A stretch of DNA of 64,000 nucleotides from Candidatus Hadarchaeales archaeon (GTDB lineage: Archaea > Hadarchaeota > Hadarchaeia > Hadarchaeales > Hadarchaeaceae), in assembly GCA_038872135.1 (NCBI GenBank), contig JAVZGN010000002.1, positions 1-64,000 of the forward strand, read 5' to 3'. A program made the position numbers and the translations under genes. Under the pieces are notes generated by a model. The model was given only the letters and a program-made list of their open reading frames with translations, was not told where the DNA came from and searched no databases. Numbering within the stretch: position 1 is the stretch's first letter; every line of letters begins with the position of its first letter. Positions 37,351 through 47,054 of this stretch are shown one piece after another.

Positions 37351-38138
37351 AGGAAGCATTCTTTTCTAGTGCAGCTGGAGCACGCCGGTTCAACTTTCAA
37401 TGGCCTTTCTCCCTCGATCTCCTTCAAAATTGACTTAACCTTCATGAGCTGTGGCCTCGACCCCTCTATCAAAAGAGTGACGCTCCCCTCAGCCCCCGAA
37501 ATCCCTCCCTTTCCCATGACCTGCGCCTCTGCCCCTGTCAAAATTTTCACGGCTTCGATTTCAGTTATAATTTTACCTTTTACCGGCATTATCCCCACCG
37601 CACATCCCCTTGCATAATCAAACCTGAGAATTCCGGCTTTTCTCGAAATCTCGCTCACAGACCCTGGAACAAACTTCTCCAGTCCTACAGGGATTATCAG
37701 ATCGACTCCTCTTGCGGCGATGTGGCCGAGGAGCCGGCCTATCGTTCCTCCACGCTTTGACGCTAGAAAAATTCCTGCAGTGCCACTTGCGTCGATGGCG
37801 TTGGCACCTTTTATCACTATGTCTCCCGGCTGCAGGAGATCTGCCGCCTCCTCCAACCTCATGTCAACAACTTTTCCCCTCCTGATTATCACTTGAGGAA
37901 GCCTCACCTCCTCGGGCACAACGCATGTACCCCTTGGGAGGACAACACCGGCCAGAAATCTTTCCTTCTCGATTTTATTTCCAAACAGTTCTTCAACAAC
38001 ATATGCGTTTGTGGAGCCCACGCCGATTATTACTAATCCACGCCTGAATGCTCTCTTCACCTCTGGAAGGGCAGCTACCGCTTTTCCTATTAATCTCTTC
38101 GACTCCGGAGGGGTGAGGGTGATCTGAATCTTGGGCAT
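37341..38138 (-). CDS. Conserved hypothetical protein (possible ISOCOT/CoA-transferase-like fold) with a C-terminal Cys cluster
   Basis: LTP.ESKRLI.KAV, GSTN.YV, KGANA.D, GGTIG, PVGLEK, GAEG motifs; CxxCxxxxC tail. Confidence 0.65.
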   Translation of the reverse strand: MPKIQITLTPPESKRLIGKAVAALPEVKRAFRRGLVIIGVGSTNAYVVEELFGNKIEKERFLAGVVLPRGTCVVPEEVRLPQVIIRRGKVVDMRLEEAADLLQPGDIVIKGANAIDASGTAGIFLASKRGGTIGRLLGHIAARGVDLIIPVGLEKFVPGSVSEISRKAGILRFDYARGCAVGIMPVKGKIITEIEAVKILTGAEAQVMGKGGISGAEGSVTLLIEGSRPQLMKVKSILKEIEGERPLKVEPACSSCTRKECFLHP

Positions 38139-38221
38139 CAAAAAACTTCTCCCTGGACCTGATAAAAGGCTTGAGCAATTCCCCGCCGGATTAATAACAA
38201 CCGGTGTCGATAGTTCACTGG

Positions 38222-39022
38222 ATGGAAAGATTCTGCTACATCTGCGGGGAAAAGGAAAAACCCAGTTCACCGCTCATTGAAGGCCTTTGCCAGAAGTGTT
38301 TTGCAGATAGATTCAAGATGCTGGTTGTGCCGAAGAAGATCTCTCTGACCGTGTGTAAAGGGTGCGGGATGTATTTTTGGAAAGGGGCGTGGATAAAGCC
38401 AAGTGATGTTGAAGACATTGTGAGGAGTGCTGTGCTTCAAGAAGTGTCAGTTGCCAATCTCGTGGATGGCGAAAGAGTGTTAGTACCCCTTTGCTCCGCG
38501 GATGTCGAGGCAACGGTTATCCCTCGCCCTAAAGCGGGTGTCGCAGAAGTTGAGGTGAGAGGCAAGAGTCATAAAAATCAGGCGGAGCCGAAAACTGAAA
38601 AAGCTGAGATAAAAGTTGAGATTTTCCGCAAGCTTTGCAAAACCTGCTCCCTCAAGGCAGCTGGGAGGTATGAAGCAGTTCTTCAGCTGAGGGGCGTGAG
38701 GGGGGATGAGCCGATCGAAGAGGCTGCAGGCATCATTCAAGGGGTAATAGCAACCATGGAAAGAGCAAGTCCACAGGACTTCCTCGTTAGAATTGAGAAG
38801 GAGGGAGAGGGCCTGAACCTCTACCTTGGATCGCTGAATCTTGGTAAGAGACTTTCTGAATTGCTTAGAAAAAGCGGCGCAAGAGTTGTGGAAACCGCAA
38901 AGCTAATCGGGCAGACAAAGGATGGAAGGAAAAAATATAGGGTGACAATTCTGGCAAAAATCTCAGAGGAGGCAATAAGAAGACTTGTGAAGCATTCGGG
39001 ATTTAAAGGCGGGGAAAGATAA
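38222..39022 (+). CDS. NMD3-family ribosome biogenesis protein
   Basis: FCYICG...GLC..C, C..CG, C..CS...G.YEAVLQLR, KL.G..KDG...YR.T motifs. Confidence 0.88.
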   Translation: MERFCYICGEKEKPSSPLIEGLCQKCFADRFKMLVVPKKISLTVCKGCGMYFWKGAWIKPSDVEDIVRSAVLQEVSVANLVDGERVLVPLCSADVEATVIPRPKAGVAEVEVRGKSHKNQAEPKTEKAEIKVEIFRKLCKTCSLKAAGRYEAVLQLRGVRGDEPIEEAAGIIQGVIATMERASPQDFLVRIEKEGEGLNLYLGSLNLGKRLSELLRKSGARVVETAKLIGQTKDGRKKYRVTILAKISEEAIRRLVKHSGFKGGER

Positions 39023-39038
39023 CTTTAGGGTTGAAAGA

Positions 39039-40718
39039 ATGGAGCTTCCAGGCGCCAAAATCCTTCTAGAAGCTCTAAAGGCCGAGGGGGTCAGGCACAT
39101 CTTTGGGATACCTGGGGGAGCGATAATCCCAATCTATGACGCCCTTTACGACGAGAAGGAAATCACCCACATCCTGACCCGCCACGAGCAGGCTGCCGCC
39201 CACGCCGCAGATGGCTATGCAAGGGCTTCGGGGAAGGTCGGGGTGTGCATGACAACATCGGGGCCCGGAGCAACAAATCTCACCACAGGCATCCTGAACG
39301 CATACATGGACAGCTCGCCGGTGGTGGCCATCTCGGGGCAGGTCACAATGCCGGCGATAGGTACCGATGCCTTTCAGGAGGCCGACATGCTGAGCGTGAT
39401 GCTGCCGATAACAAAGCATAACTTCATCGTCAAAAGCCCAGGGGATCTCCCAAAGATTGTCCGTCTGGCATTTACAATCGCCACGACGGGAAGGCCCGGG
39501 CCGGTCCACATAGATATCCCAAAAAATGTTCAGGTGGAAAAGGCCGATGTGAAGATACCTGCTGAGATAAAATATGAAAAGATTCCAAAGCTGGAGCCCA
39601 CCCAAACTGAAGTTACGCGGGCGGTGGAACTTCTTGTCCACGCCAGACAACCCGTAATATATGCGGGGGGCGGGGTAGTCCTATCTGGGGCATCGCCTGA
39701 GCTAATTTCACTTGCCGAGACCCTTCAGGCCCCGGTTGTGACCTCGCTGCTCGGGAAGGGGGTCATCCCTGAAACCCATCCCCTCTCCCTCGGGATGTTA
39801 GGAATGCATGGGAGAATTGCCGCAAACCTAGCAGTTACCGAGTGTGACCTGCTTCTAGCCGTTGGGGTGAGGTTCAGCGACCGCGCCACCGGGGATGTTC
39901 GCCATTTCGCCCCGAGGGCAAAAATCATTCACATAGACATTGATCCAGTGGAGATAGGCAAAAATGTGCGCGTGGATTTATCCATTGCTGCCGACGCAAA
40001 GCTGGCCCTGAGGAAAATACTTGAGGGATTGAAAATTCATGCCCAGAAGGGGAGGACAAGTGAGTGGCTATCGCGAATAAAGAAGCTGAAAGAGGAGCTT
40101 GCCCCAAAGATGGACTACGATGAAGTTCCTACAAAGCCTCAGAGGGCTATAAAGGAGATCATGAATGTGCTGGGCGATGAAGCAATCGTTACAACAGAGG
40201 TTGGGCAGTGCCAGATGTGGGCGGCCCACTTCTTCCTCGTGAAGAAACCCAGGCATTTCATAAGCTCTGGGGGTCTCGGGACGATGGGATTTGGATTCCC
40301 GGCTGCAATCGGAGCAAAAGTTGCACGCCCGGATGCAACAGTGGTAAACATTGCTGGAGATGGGAGCTTTCTGATGAACTCTCAGGAGCTTGCGACCGCT
40401 GTTGAAAATGGGATAAATGTTGTCTCATGCATATTCAACAACAGATATCTGGGAATGGTGAAGCAGTGGCAGGATATTTTCTACTCAAAGAGGAGGTCTG
40501 CGGTGAGTCTCGGGAACTCTCCAGATTTTGTGAAGCTCGCGGAGGCCTATGGGGCGTGGGGGGACAGGGCATCCAGACCCAGCGAGATCGGTCCAAAGCT
40601 TAAGGAGGCTATAAACTCTGGAAAACCCGCTGTGCTGGACATCCCAATAGACCCGGACGAGCATGTGCTCCCGATGGTGCCGGCGGGTGGGAGGCTAGAC
40701 GAGCCGATCTTGACCTGA
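39039..40718 (+). CDS. ilvB: Acetolactate synthase large subunit
   Basis: FGIPGG, RHEQ, TSGPGATN, FQE, GMLGMHG, SGGLGTMGFG, GDGSF.MN motifs. Confidence 0.96.
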   Translation: MELPGAKILLEALKAEGVRHIFGIPGGAIIPIYDALYDEKEITHILTRHEQAAAHAADGYARASGKVGVCMTTSGPGATNLTTGILNAYMDSSPVVAISGQVTMPAIGTDAFQEADMLSVMLPITKHNFIVKSPGDLPKIVRLAFTIATTGRPGPVHIDIPKNVQVEKADVKIPAEIKYEKIPKLEPTQTEVTRAVELLVHARQPVIYAGGGVVLSGASPELISLAETLQAPVVTSLLGKGVIPETHPLSLGMLGMHGRIAANLAVTECDLLLAVGVRFSDRATGDVRHFAPRAKIIHIDIDPVEIGKNVRVDLSIAADAKLALRKILEGLKIHAQKGRTSEWLSRIKKLKEELAPKMDYDEVPTKPQRAIKEIMNVLGDEAIVTTEVGQCQMWAAHFFLVKKPRHFISSGGLGTMGFGFPAAIGAKVARPDATVVNIAGDGSFLMNSQELATAVENGINVVSCIFNNRYLGMVKQWQDIFYSKRRSAVSLGNSPDFVKLAEAYGAWGDRASRPSEIGPKLKEAINSGKPAVLDIPIDPDEHVLPMVPAGGRLDEPILT

Positions 40719-40728
40719 AGGTGACATC

Positions 40729-41208
40729 ATGAAGAAGAGAATATTCTCGATTCTCTGCCAGAACATCCCGGGGGTGATGATGAGGATAACGAGGGACTTC
40801 ACGAGAAGGCAGATAAACCTCGACTCAATAACCGTGGGTCTAGAGCCCTCTGGGCTGGCGAGAATCATCTTGATGTTCAACGCAGACGACAAAATGGCAG
40901 AATTCATGAGGAAAATAATTGCAAGGCTTGAGCCGATAGTTTCTGTTGAGGTGATCGATCCAGAAAAAAGTGTTGTCAGGGAAGTGGCCCTCCTGAAAAC
41001 AAGGAGACTAGACAATGAAAAGCACTGGAAGGTTGTGGATCAGATAGAGCGGGCTGGGGGAAAAATAATCGATTCCAGCGAGGGGGCGATTATCGCTGAG
41101 ATAAGTGGAGATCATGATCTAATAGAGAATTTGATTAGCTCGCTTGGGGCAAATGTGATAAAAGAAATCGCTCGCTCCGGGCAGGTCTACATCTCCAAAG
41201 AGCTTTGA
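40729..41208 (+). CDS. ilvN: Acetolactate synthase regulatory subunit
   Basis: ACT domain N.PGV..RI...F.RR.IN.DSI.VG, REVAL, EIARSG; follows ilvB. Confidence 0.9.
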   Translation: MKKRIFSILCQNIPGVMMRITRDFTRRQINLDSITVGLEPSGLARIILMFNADDKMAEFMRKIIARLEPIVSVEVIDPEKSVVREVALLKTRRLDNEKHWKVVDQIERAGGKIIDSSEGAIIAEISGDHDLIENLISSLGANVIKEIARSGQVYISKEL

Positions 41209-41210
41209 GA

Positions 41211-41684
41211 CTAGAGGTATGGCTTGTCCAGCTCCAGGAGCCTCCTCAACTTCTCAACTTCCGACCTCAGCTTCTCATCTGCCTTTCTCATCGATTTTGG
41301 GAAATGCTCCTTCAGTGGCTCTGTTTCCTCCCGGTAGCTGCTTACCCCGGCTGCAAGAATTGCCCTGTCTTTATGCTTTGGATGGGGCGCCATTAGGCCA
41401 AAGGGAACTGGGATTCCCCCCATCATCTTTGCGATTATCTCATCGTCGATTCTTCTAGCTGGAATTCTCGCACCCTTCCCAACTATCTCATAGGGGGACT
41501 TCCTCTCTCCCTTTATCTCCCAGAGCCCGATTCCCGGAGCAAAGAAATAGAACTCGTCAAACCCATAATCGTCCCTTCCGATGACGGCCCTCCATTTTGA
41601 CCTGAGGTTTGGGTGCTTCTGGTATAATTTTCTCATCTCCTCCATGACTTCCGCGAGAGAAAGAATCTTCATCTCCTCACCCAT
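41211..41684 (-). CDS. Hypothetical protein
   Basis: 157-aa ORF coupled to the acylphosphatase gene; no recognised motif. Confidence 0.65.
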   Translation of the reverse strand: MGEEMKILSLAEVMEEMRKLYQKHPNLRSKWRAVIGRDDYGFDEFYFFAPGIGLWEIKGERKSPYEIVGKGARIPARRIDDEIIAKMMGGIPVPFGLMAPHPKHKDRAILAAGVSSYREETEPLKEHFPKSMRKADEKLRSEVEKLRRLLELDKPYL

Positions 41685-41958
41685 ATCTTATTTTGAAACC
41701 GGAGAATTCGCCCGTGTATTTTTCCATCTTCACCTCAACGTTGGAGACGACGGCGGCCGGAGGCCCTCTCCTGCAAAATTTTATCATCTCCTCCACCTTT
41801 TCTTTCTCTCCCTCAAAAACTGCCTCCACCCTTCCATCTGGAGTGTTCCTTACCCATCCACTCACGCCTAGTCTCTCCGCCAGCTCCTTGACATGGGCCC
41901 TGAAGAAGACCCCGGTTACCTCTCCGCTCACATAAACATGCGCCCTTGTCTTCATCAA
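41677..41958 (-). CDS. acyP: Acylphosphatase
   Basis: VSG.V.GVFFR, GWVRN..DG.VE, GPP.A.V motifs. Confidence 0.93.
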   Translation of the reverse strand: MMKTRAHVYVSGEVTGVFFRAHVKELAERLGVSGWVRNTPDGRVEAVFEGEKEKVEEMIKFCRRGPPAAVVSNVEVKMEKYTGEFSGFKIRYG

Positions 41959-41982
41959 ATCATCTTTTGCGGAAAAAGTTTT

Positions 41983-43041
41983 CTAACTTACGGTTATTAT
42001 CTGCCCGCCCGCAGCCTTCCTGAGGCGGTTCATTATCGCAAGCCCGATCCCTTTCGCCTCAATCCCTTCGACGGCGATGAAGGAAACCCCTGCCGCATCA
42101 AGGGCTCTGAGGGCCCCAAAGAGATTTTTGGCTATCGACCTTAGGTCCTCTCTTCTTCCCAGAACCCTGATCTCGTCCGCGCGGTAGAGGTCGGCTGTTT
42201 CTGCTGTGGCGATCACCGCTGTCTTCTTTCCATTTATTTTCTTGAGATCCACGAGCTGCTGGATTTTCTCCACGACCTTTGATATTTCGCCCTCCACCAC
42301 CACAACCTCCGCGGCGGGGGCATAGTGGCGGTATTTCATCCCAGGAGATCTAGCCACTGCCTCCTCTTCATCCACCCTCGCCTCGGCTACAGGGTGAACC
42401 ATAACCTCTCCCACCACCTCTTTCAGCTCCTCAACCGAGATCGGTCCGGGCCTCAGAAGCACCGGGGGAGTGGAGGTGACATCGAGGACCGTCGATTCTA
42501 TGCCGTGGGTGATTTCCCCGCCATCGATGATGATGTCCACCCTTCCCCAGAGGTCCTCCACAACATGCTGGGCTGTCGTTGGACTGGGCCTACCGGAGAG
42601 GTTGGCGCTTGGGGCGGCCACAGGTACCTCTGCCTTTTTTATCAGAAGGTGAGATATCGGGTGAGACGGCATTCTTACCGCCACCGTCTCGAGGCCAGCA
42701 GTAACAGCTTTTGGGACCGCTTCTGATCTCGGGAGGATGAGGGTTAGAGGGCCCGGCCAGAAGCGCTGGATGAGGGGGGTTGCTATTTCTGGGACCTCCT
42801 CGGCTAGGAGATGGATGTCCTCCTTCTCAGCTATGTGGACGATGATGGGGTTGTCGGGGGGCCTTCCCTTCGCCGCAAATATTTTTTTCACAGCAGTTTC
42901 ATCAACGGCGTTTGCCCCCAAGCCATAAACAGTTTCAGTTGGAAATGCCACAAGCCCTCCTCTCCTTATCACCCCTGCCGCGAGCTCCACCTTCTCGATA
43001 TCTGGATTTGTGGGGTCTATCTTCAGGAGGATGGTGGTCAT
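41983..43041 (-). CDS. sua5: Threonylcarbamoyl-AMP synthase Sua5
   Basis: VAFPTETVYGLGA, KGRP.DNP, WPGPLT, APSANLSG, PGMKYRHYAP motifs; SUA5 C-terminal domain. Confidence 0.96.
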   Translation of the reverse strand: MTTILLKIDPTNPDIEKVELAAGVIRRGGLVAFPTETVYGLGANAVDETAVKKIFAAKGRPPDNPIIVHIAEKEDIHLLAEEVPEIATPLIQRFWPGPLTLILPRSEAVPKAVTAGLETVAVRMPSHPISHLLIKKAEVPVAAPSANLSGRPSPTTAQHVVEDLWGRVDIIIDGGEITHGIESTVLDVTSTPPVLLRPGPISVEELKEVVGEVMVHPVAEARVDEEEAVARSPGMKYRHYAPAAEVVVVEGEISKVVEKIQQLVDLKKINGKKTAVIATAETADLYRADEIRVLGRREDLRSIAKNLFGALRALDAAGVSFIAVEGIEAKGIGLAIMNRLRKAAGGQIITVS

Positions 43042-43092
43042 CTTTTCACCTAACACTCTCAAACAACCCTTAAATCATGAAGAGGATATTTC

Positions 43093-43494
43093 TTGGGGAA
43101 GGATATGGAGAACCAGCTGATAGGAAAGAGCGTCAATGCACCGAAATTTCTCGGGATTCTTGAGAAGGAGTTTGGATGGTTCATATCCTATACTATCCTC
43201 CTGGCCGAAAAACACTTTGAAGACCCGGAGACGAAAAAGATCTATGTTGCCGTGGTGCTTCTCGGGGATTATCTGTGGAACATTCAGACGGTGAGGTTTG
43301 AGGAAGTCGTCTATGAAGCCGAGAGAACTAGGAGGAAGAAGGTTGACCGGCCCCCCCAAGCCATCCTGGAGAAAGCAATGAGCGACCTCATGTCTGCATA
43401 TGAGAAGGCCAAGGAGCTGCCTCTGAAGATAAAGAAAAGGCTGGCCGAAACCCAGGAAGTCCACGAGGGGGCACCGGAGGAGCTACCCCGCTGA
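43093..43494 (+). CDS. Hypothetical protein (start uncertain)
   Basis: Fills the gap between sua5 and proC; composition typical for this genome. Confidence 0.55.
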   Translation: MGKDMENQLIGKSVNAPKFLGILEKEFGWFISYTILLAEKHFEDPETKKIYVAVVLLGDYLWNIQTVRFEEVVYEAERTRRKKVDRPPQAILEKAMSDLMSAYEKAKELPLKIKKRLAETQEVHEGAPEELPR

Positions 43495-44268
43495 CAGCTC
43501 CCTGGCTCTCCTGATTGCAGCCTCAACTGCCCCCTTCACTGCCTCCGCAACCTTCCTTTCCTCCAGAACCTTCATCCCCTCAATGGTTGTGCCCTTCGGT
43601 GTGCAGATCTTCTGGATTATCTCTTCTGGGGAGCTCTCGGAAGAAATTGCCAGGACTCCCGCCCCAATAGCAGTCTGCGCCGCCAGCTTGAGGGAAACTT
43701 CTTCAGGGAGCCCCGCTTCCTTCCCGGCGGCTGCCATCGCCTGGATCACATGGAGGAGAAAGGCTGGCCCACTCCCGCTGACCCCTGTGACGGCGTCCAT
43801 GAGCTTTTCATCGATTTTTAAAAACAGGCCGAGGGGGGAGAAGAGCTTTTTTGCCACCTCCTCATCCTTCTTCCCCGCCCTTTTCCCCAGAGAATAACAG
43901 GCTGCCATCTCCCCCACCCCCGCGCAGAGGTTTGGCATCACCCTGATTGCCCTCCCGGAGGAGTTTTTCTCTATGAATGATGTTGAGATGCCGGCGGCGA
44001 TGGAGATGAGAAGCTTGTTTTTTGCCGGCTTCAGCTCCTCTAGGACCTCCTTGACATTTGCTGGCTTGACGGCGATGATGATCACATCTGAGTTTTTTGC
44101 CAGCTCCTGGATGGTGGTTGGGGTGGCGCCGAGTCTTTTCACCTGTTTTGCTTTTTCTGGGTCCTTTTCTGCAACCAAGATGTTTTTTGGGGGAAGGGCG
44201 TTGGTGAGAAGGAATCCTCTGATAAGGGCCTGCCCCATGTTTCCCGCGCCGATTATCCCAACTTTCAT
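43483..44268 (-). CDS. proC: Pyrroline-5-carboxylate reductase
   Basis: GAGNMG, AVKP, SIAAG, RVMPN, SGSGPA, P.GTT motifs. Confidence 0.95.
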   Translation of the reverse strand: MKVGIIGAGNMGQALIRGFLLTNALPPKNILVAEKDPEKAKQVKRLGATPTTIQELAKNSDVIIIAVKPANVKEVLEELKPAKNKLLISIAAGISTSFIEKNSSGRAIRVMPNLCAGVGEMAACYSLGKRAGKKDEEVAKKLFSPLGLFLKIDEKLMDAVTGVSGSGPAFLLHVIQAMAAAGKEAGLPEEVSLKLAAQTAIGAGVLAISSESSPEEIIQKICTPKGTTIEGMKVLEERKVAEAVKGAVEAAIRRARELSAG

Positions 44269-44350
44269 CTTCCCAAATTCTATTGAAGCCGAGGGTTAAA
44301 TCGCTGCCGAAGGGGAAAGTTTTAGAGTTTGAGGGGAGAAGTTGGTTTGG

Positions 44351-44427
44351 GCCTCGGTAGCTCAGTCGGTTAGAGCGCACGCTTGGTAAGCGTGAGGTCG
44401 CGGGTTCAATCCCCGCCCGGGGCTCCA
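44351..44427 (+). tRNA. tRNA-Thr(GGT)
   Basis: GCCTCGG/CCGGGGC acceptor stem, loop TT-GGT-AA, GGTTCAATCCC, encoded CCA. Confidence 0.94.
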
Positions 44428-44648
44428 CTTCTCGAGCCTCTTGTGCAGGCCCCTCTCTAGGTGTGCCCAGGCTATTCACTATGCAAAAAAACAAACTAAT
44501 CTCAGGGCACAAATGAAGGGATGCCTTTAACCTACCACCCGGCTCGGCATTTGTCTGAAACTTTTTCGGCAAACTCTGGCATTTCGAAAGGTATTTAACC
44601 GCCGCCCCAAACTAATTGGAGGAAAAATAACAAAGGAGGCGAGAATGC

Positions 44649-44939
44649 ATGGCTGAAGCAAAAGGTGCCGCGGAAAATACCGTCTTCATAGGGACGAAGC
44701 CGGTGATGAACTATGTGCTGGCAGCGATAACCCAGTTCAACTCTGGGGCAAACTCAGTGACCCTGAAGGCACGCGGTAGGGCCATCAGCAGAGCTGTCGA
44801 TGTTGCAGAGATCCTCAGGAACAGGTTCTTGCAGAATGTGAGTGTGAGCAACATAGCAATCGGGACCGAGCAGGTCCAAGGTGAAGGCGGCACGGCAAAT
44901 GTGTCAATAATTGAAATAACGCTGGGCAAGGGCAAATAA
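44649..44939 (+). CDS. albA: Chromatin protein Alba
   Basis: [32 protein letters not shown] motifs. Confidence 0.97.
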   Translation: MAEAKGAAENTVFIGTKPVMNYVLAAITQFNSGANSVTLKARGRAISRAVDVAEILRNRFLQNVSVSNIAIGTEQVQGEGGTANVSIIEITLGKGK

Positions 44940-45016
44940 ACTTGCCCCATTTTTTTATTTTTTGACGGCATTTCCAAAATCTCTAAATAACTGCTGCCGG
45001 AGTCTCTGGTGAAACG

Positions 45017-46336
45017 ATGGAGCTGGATGAGCTAGGCTCACTTCGGAGAACTCATCTCTCCCGGGAAATCGATGGAAGCTTGGCGGGGAGAGAAGTTGTG
45101 GTCATGGGGAGAGTGGGGGCGATCAGAGATCTCGGTGGGGTAAAATTCTTCGTTCTTCACGATGTGAGCGGGACAATTCAAATCACTGCTCATGAGAATA
45201 GGGTTGAGAGAAAAACTTTTGAAAAAATCTCCGCCCTCACCCAGGAGTCCTCGGTGGCGGTAAGGGGAGTTGTTGTAAAAGCTGCACAGGCCCCAAGAGG
45301 AATAGAAATCGTCCCATCTGAGATTAGAATATTAAATCTCGCCGAGGCCCCTCTCCCGCTCGACCCTCTAGGGAAGGTGAAGGCAAACCTGGACACAAGG
45401 CTGGATGCCAGAGCCATCGACCTGAGGAGAAAAGAAGCCCTGGCTATCTTCAGGATAAGAAATGAAGCACTTCAGGCGGCAAGAAATTACCTCCTTTCAA
45501 AAGGATTCATAGAAGTCCACACACCAAAGATAGTCGCCACGGCAACTGAAAGTGGGGCGGCCCTTTTTCCAATCTCATATTTTGAAAGGGAGGCATTCCT
45601 CAGCCAGAGCCCCCAGCTCTACAAAGAGGTTTTGACCGGAGCTTTTGAAAAGGTCTTTGAGGTGGGGCCGATTTTCAGGGCTGAGGAGCACGACACTCCT
45701 CGCCATCTCAACGAGGCGATTTCAATTGACATTGAAATGGCCTATGCCGCCGCGGAGGATGTGATGAAGATCCTGGAGGAAATTCTGAGGGAAGCCTTCA
45801 AAAGGGTGGTGGAGAACTGCAGGGAAGAGCTTGAAGCTCTGAATGTAAAGTTGGAGGTCCCTTCACTTCCCCTCCCAAGAATCCCCTACTCGAAGGCTTT
45901 GGAGATGCTGGAGAAGGAGGGAGTGAAAGTCCCCTGGGGCGAGGACCTCCCAACGCCGGCTGAGAAAAAGCTGGCGGAGCTTGTGGATGGGGCCTATTTC
46001 ATCACCGAGTGGCCGATTAAAATAAAGCCCTTCTACACAATGCCGAAGAGCGACAACCCTGAGCTGGCGGAAGCCTTCGACCTCATGTACAAGGAGATAG
46101 AGCTGGCGTCCGGGGGGCAGAGGATCCACCAGCCAGACCTCCTGGTGAGGCAGCTAAAGGCAAAAGGACTGAACCCAAAAAATTTTGAGCATCACCTCCT
46201 CAGCTTCAGGTTCGGGCTGCCCCCCCACAGCGGCTGGGGTCTCGGCCTCGACAGGCTGACGATGGTGATGACCGGGAGCGACAACATCAGGGAATGCGTG
46301 CTTTTCCCCCGGGACAGACGGCGGCTTACCCCCTAG
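45017..46336 (+). CDS. aspS: Aspartyl-tRNA synthetase (archaeal type)
   Basis: [50 protein letters not shown] motifs. Confidence 0.96.
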   Translation: MELDELGSLRRTHLSREIDGSLAGREVVVMGRVGAIRDLGGVKFFVLHDVSGTIQITAHENRVERKTFEKISALTQESSVAVRGVVVKAAQAPRGIEIVPSEIRILNLAEAPLPLDPLGKVKANLDTRLDARAIDLRRKEALAIFRIRNEALQAARNYLLSKGFIEVHTPKIVATATESGAALFPISYFEREAFLSQSPQLYKEVLTGAFEKVFEVGPIFRAEEHDTPRHLNEAISIDIEMAYAAAEDVMKILEEILREAFKRVVENCREELEALNVKLEVPSLPLPRIPYSKALEMLEKEGVKVPWGEDLPTPAEKKLAELVDGAYFITEWPIKIKPFYTMPKSDNPELAEAFDLMYKEIELASGGQRIHQPDLLVRQLKAKGLNPKNFEHHLLSFRFGLPPHSGWGLGLDRLTMVMTGSDNIRECVLFPRDRRRLTP

Positions 46337-47052
46337 AAAAACTGCTCCAGGCCGACCTTCATCGGAAGATCTACCACTGTCACCCTCCCCGTCGCTGGAA
46401 GGGAAACATTGAAAATTGCTGTTTTTCCCATCATCGCCTTCAACCTGGTGCTGTTGTGGGCATGACCGTGAAACCATGCGTCTGGCTGTCTTCTCTTTAT
46501 GACCTCCTCCATCTTCCTGCAGCCCATCTCTTCAAACACCCTTCTCTTTTCCCCCTCGAGCGTCTGGTAGGTGGGGGAGTAGTGGGTGACGACCATTTTT
46601 ATCTCAGAGGCAAGGGATGAGAGAAGAGAATCTATTTTCCCAACCCTATCCTCGTAAATCTTCGAGATATTTGGGATGTGCGTGCGCTGCCAGAAGGTTG
46701 GCCTGTCCAGGGAGCCGCGGGAAATAACCACTCCCACCCTGACCCCCGCAATCTCAAGCTCCACGGCATCATCATTTATCCATCTTATGTCCTTGAAGCC
46801 GCGGAATATCTCCCAGTGATCGTCATACTCCTCGTTTCCAAAGCAGGCAAGGATTTCTCCCCGATGGCGGCTTCTGATGGCCTCAATCACCGGCGGCAGA
46901 CTCCTCCAGTCGTTCCTCTCCACCAGATCCCCCGCCAGAAGAAAAATATCGCAGTTTGATATCTCTTCCATCGCTTTCCTGAAGAGCTCTATGCCGAGGG
47001 GGGAGTGGATGTCTGAAACTGCTGCTACCCTCACCACAGCCAGCGTCACCAT
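46333..47052 (-). CDS. Calcineurin-like metallophosphoesterase
   Basis: SDIH, AGD, FGNEE, THY.P, HGHAH, N motifs. Confidence 0.9.
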   Translation of the reverse strand: MVTLAVVRVAAVSDIHSPLGIELFRKAMEEISNCDIFLLAGDLVERNDWRSLPPVIEAIRSRHRGEILACFGNEEYDDHWEIFRGFKDIRWINDDAVELEIAGVRVGVVISRGSLDRPTFWQRTHIPNISKIYEDRVGKIDSLLSSLASEIKMVVTHYSPTYQTLEGEKRRVFEEMGCRKMEEVIKRRQPDAWFHGHAHNSTRLKAMMGKTAIFNVSLPATGRVTVVDLPMKVGLEQFF

Positions 47053-47054
47053 CT

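Noticed and set aside
43862-44572. 236-aa ORF and many other long antisense or alternative-frame ORFs
   Set aside because: They overlap confident genes or tRNA-Thr and lack motifs; treated as shadow ORFs.
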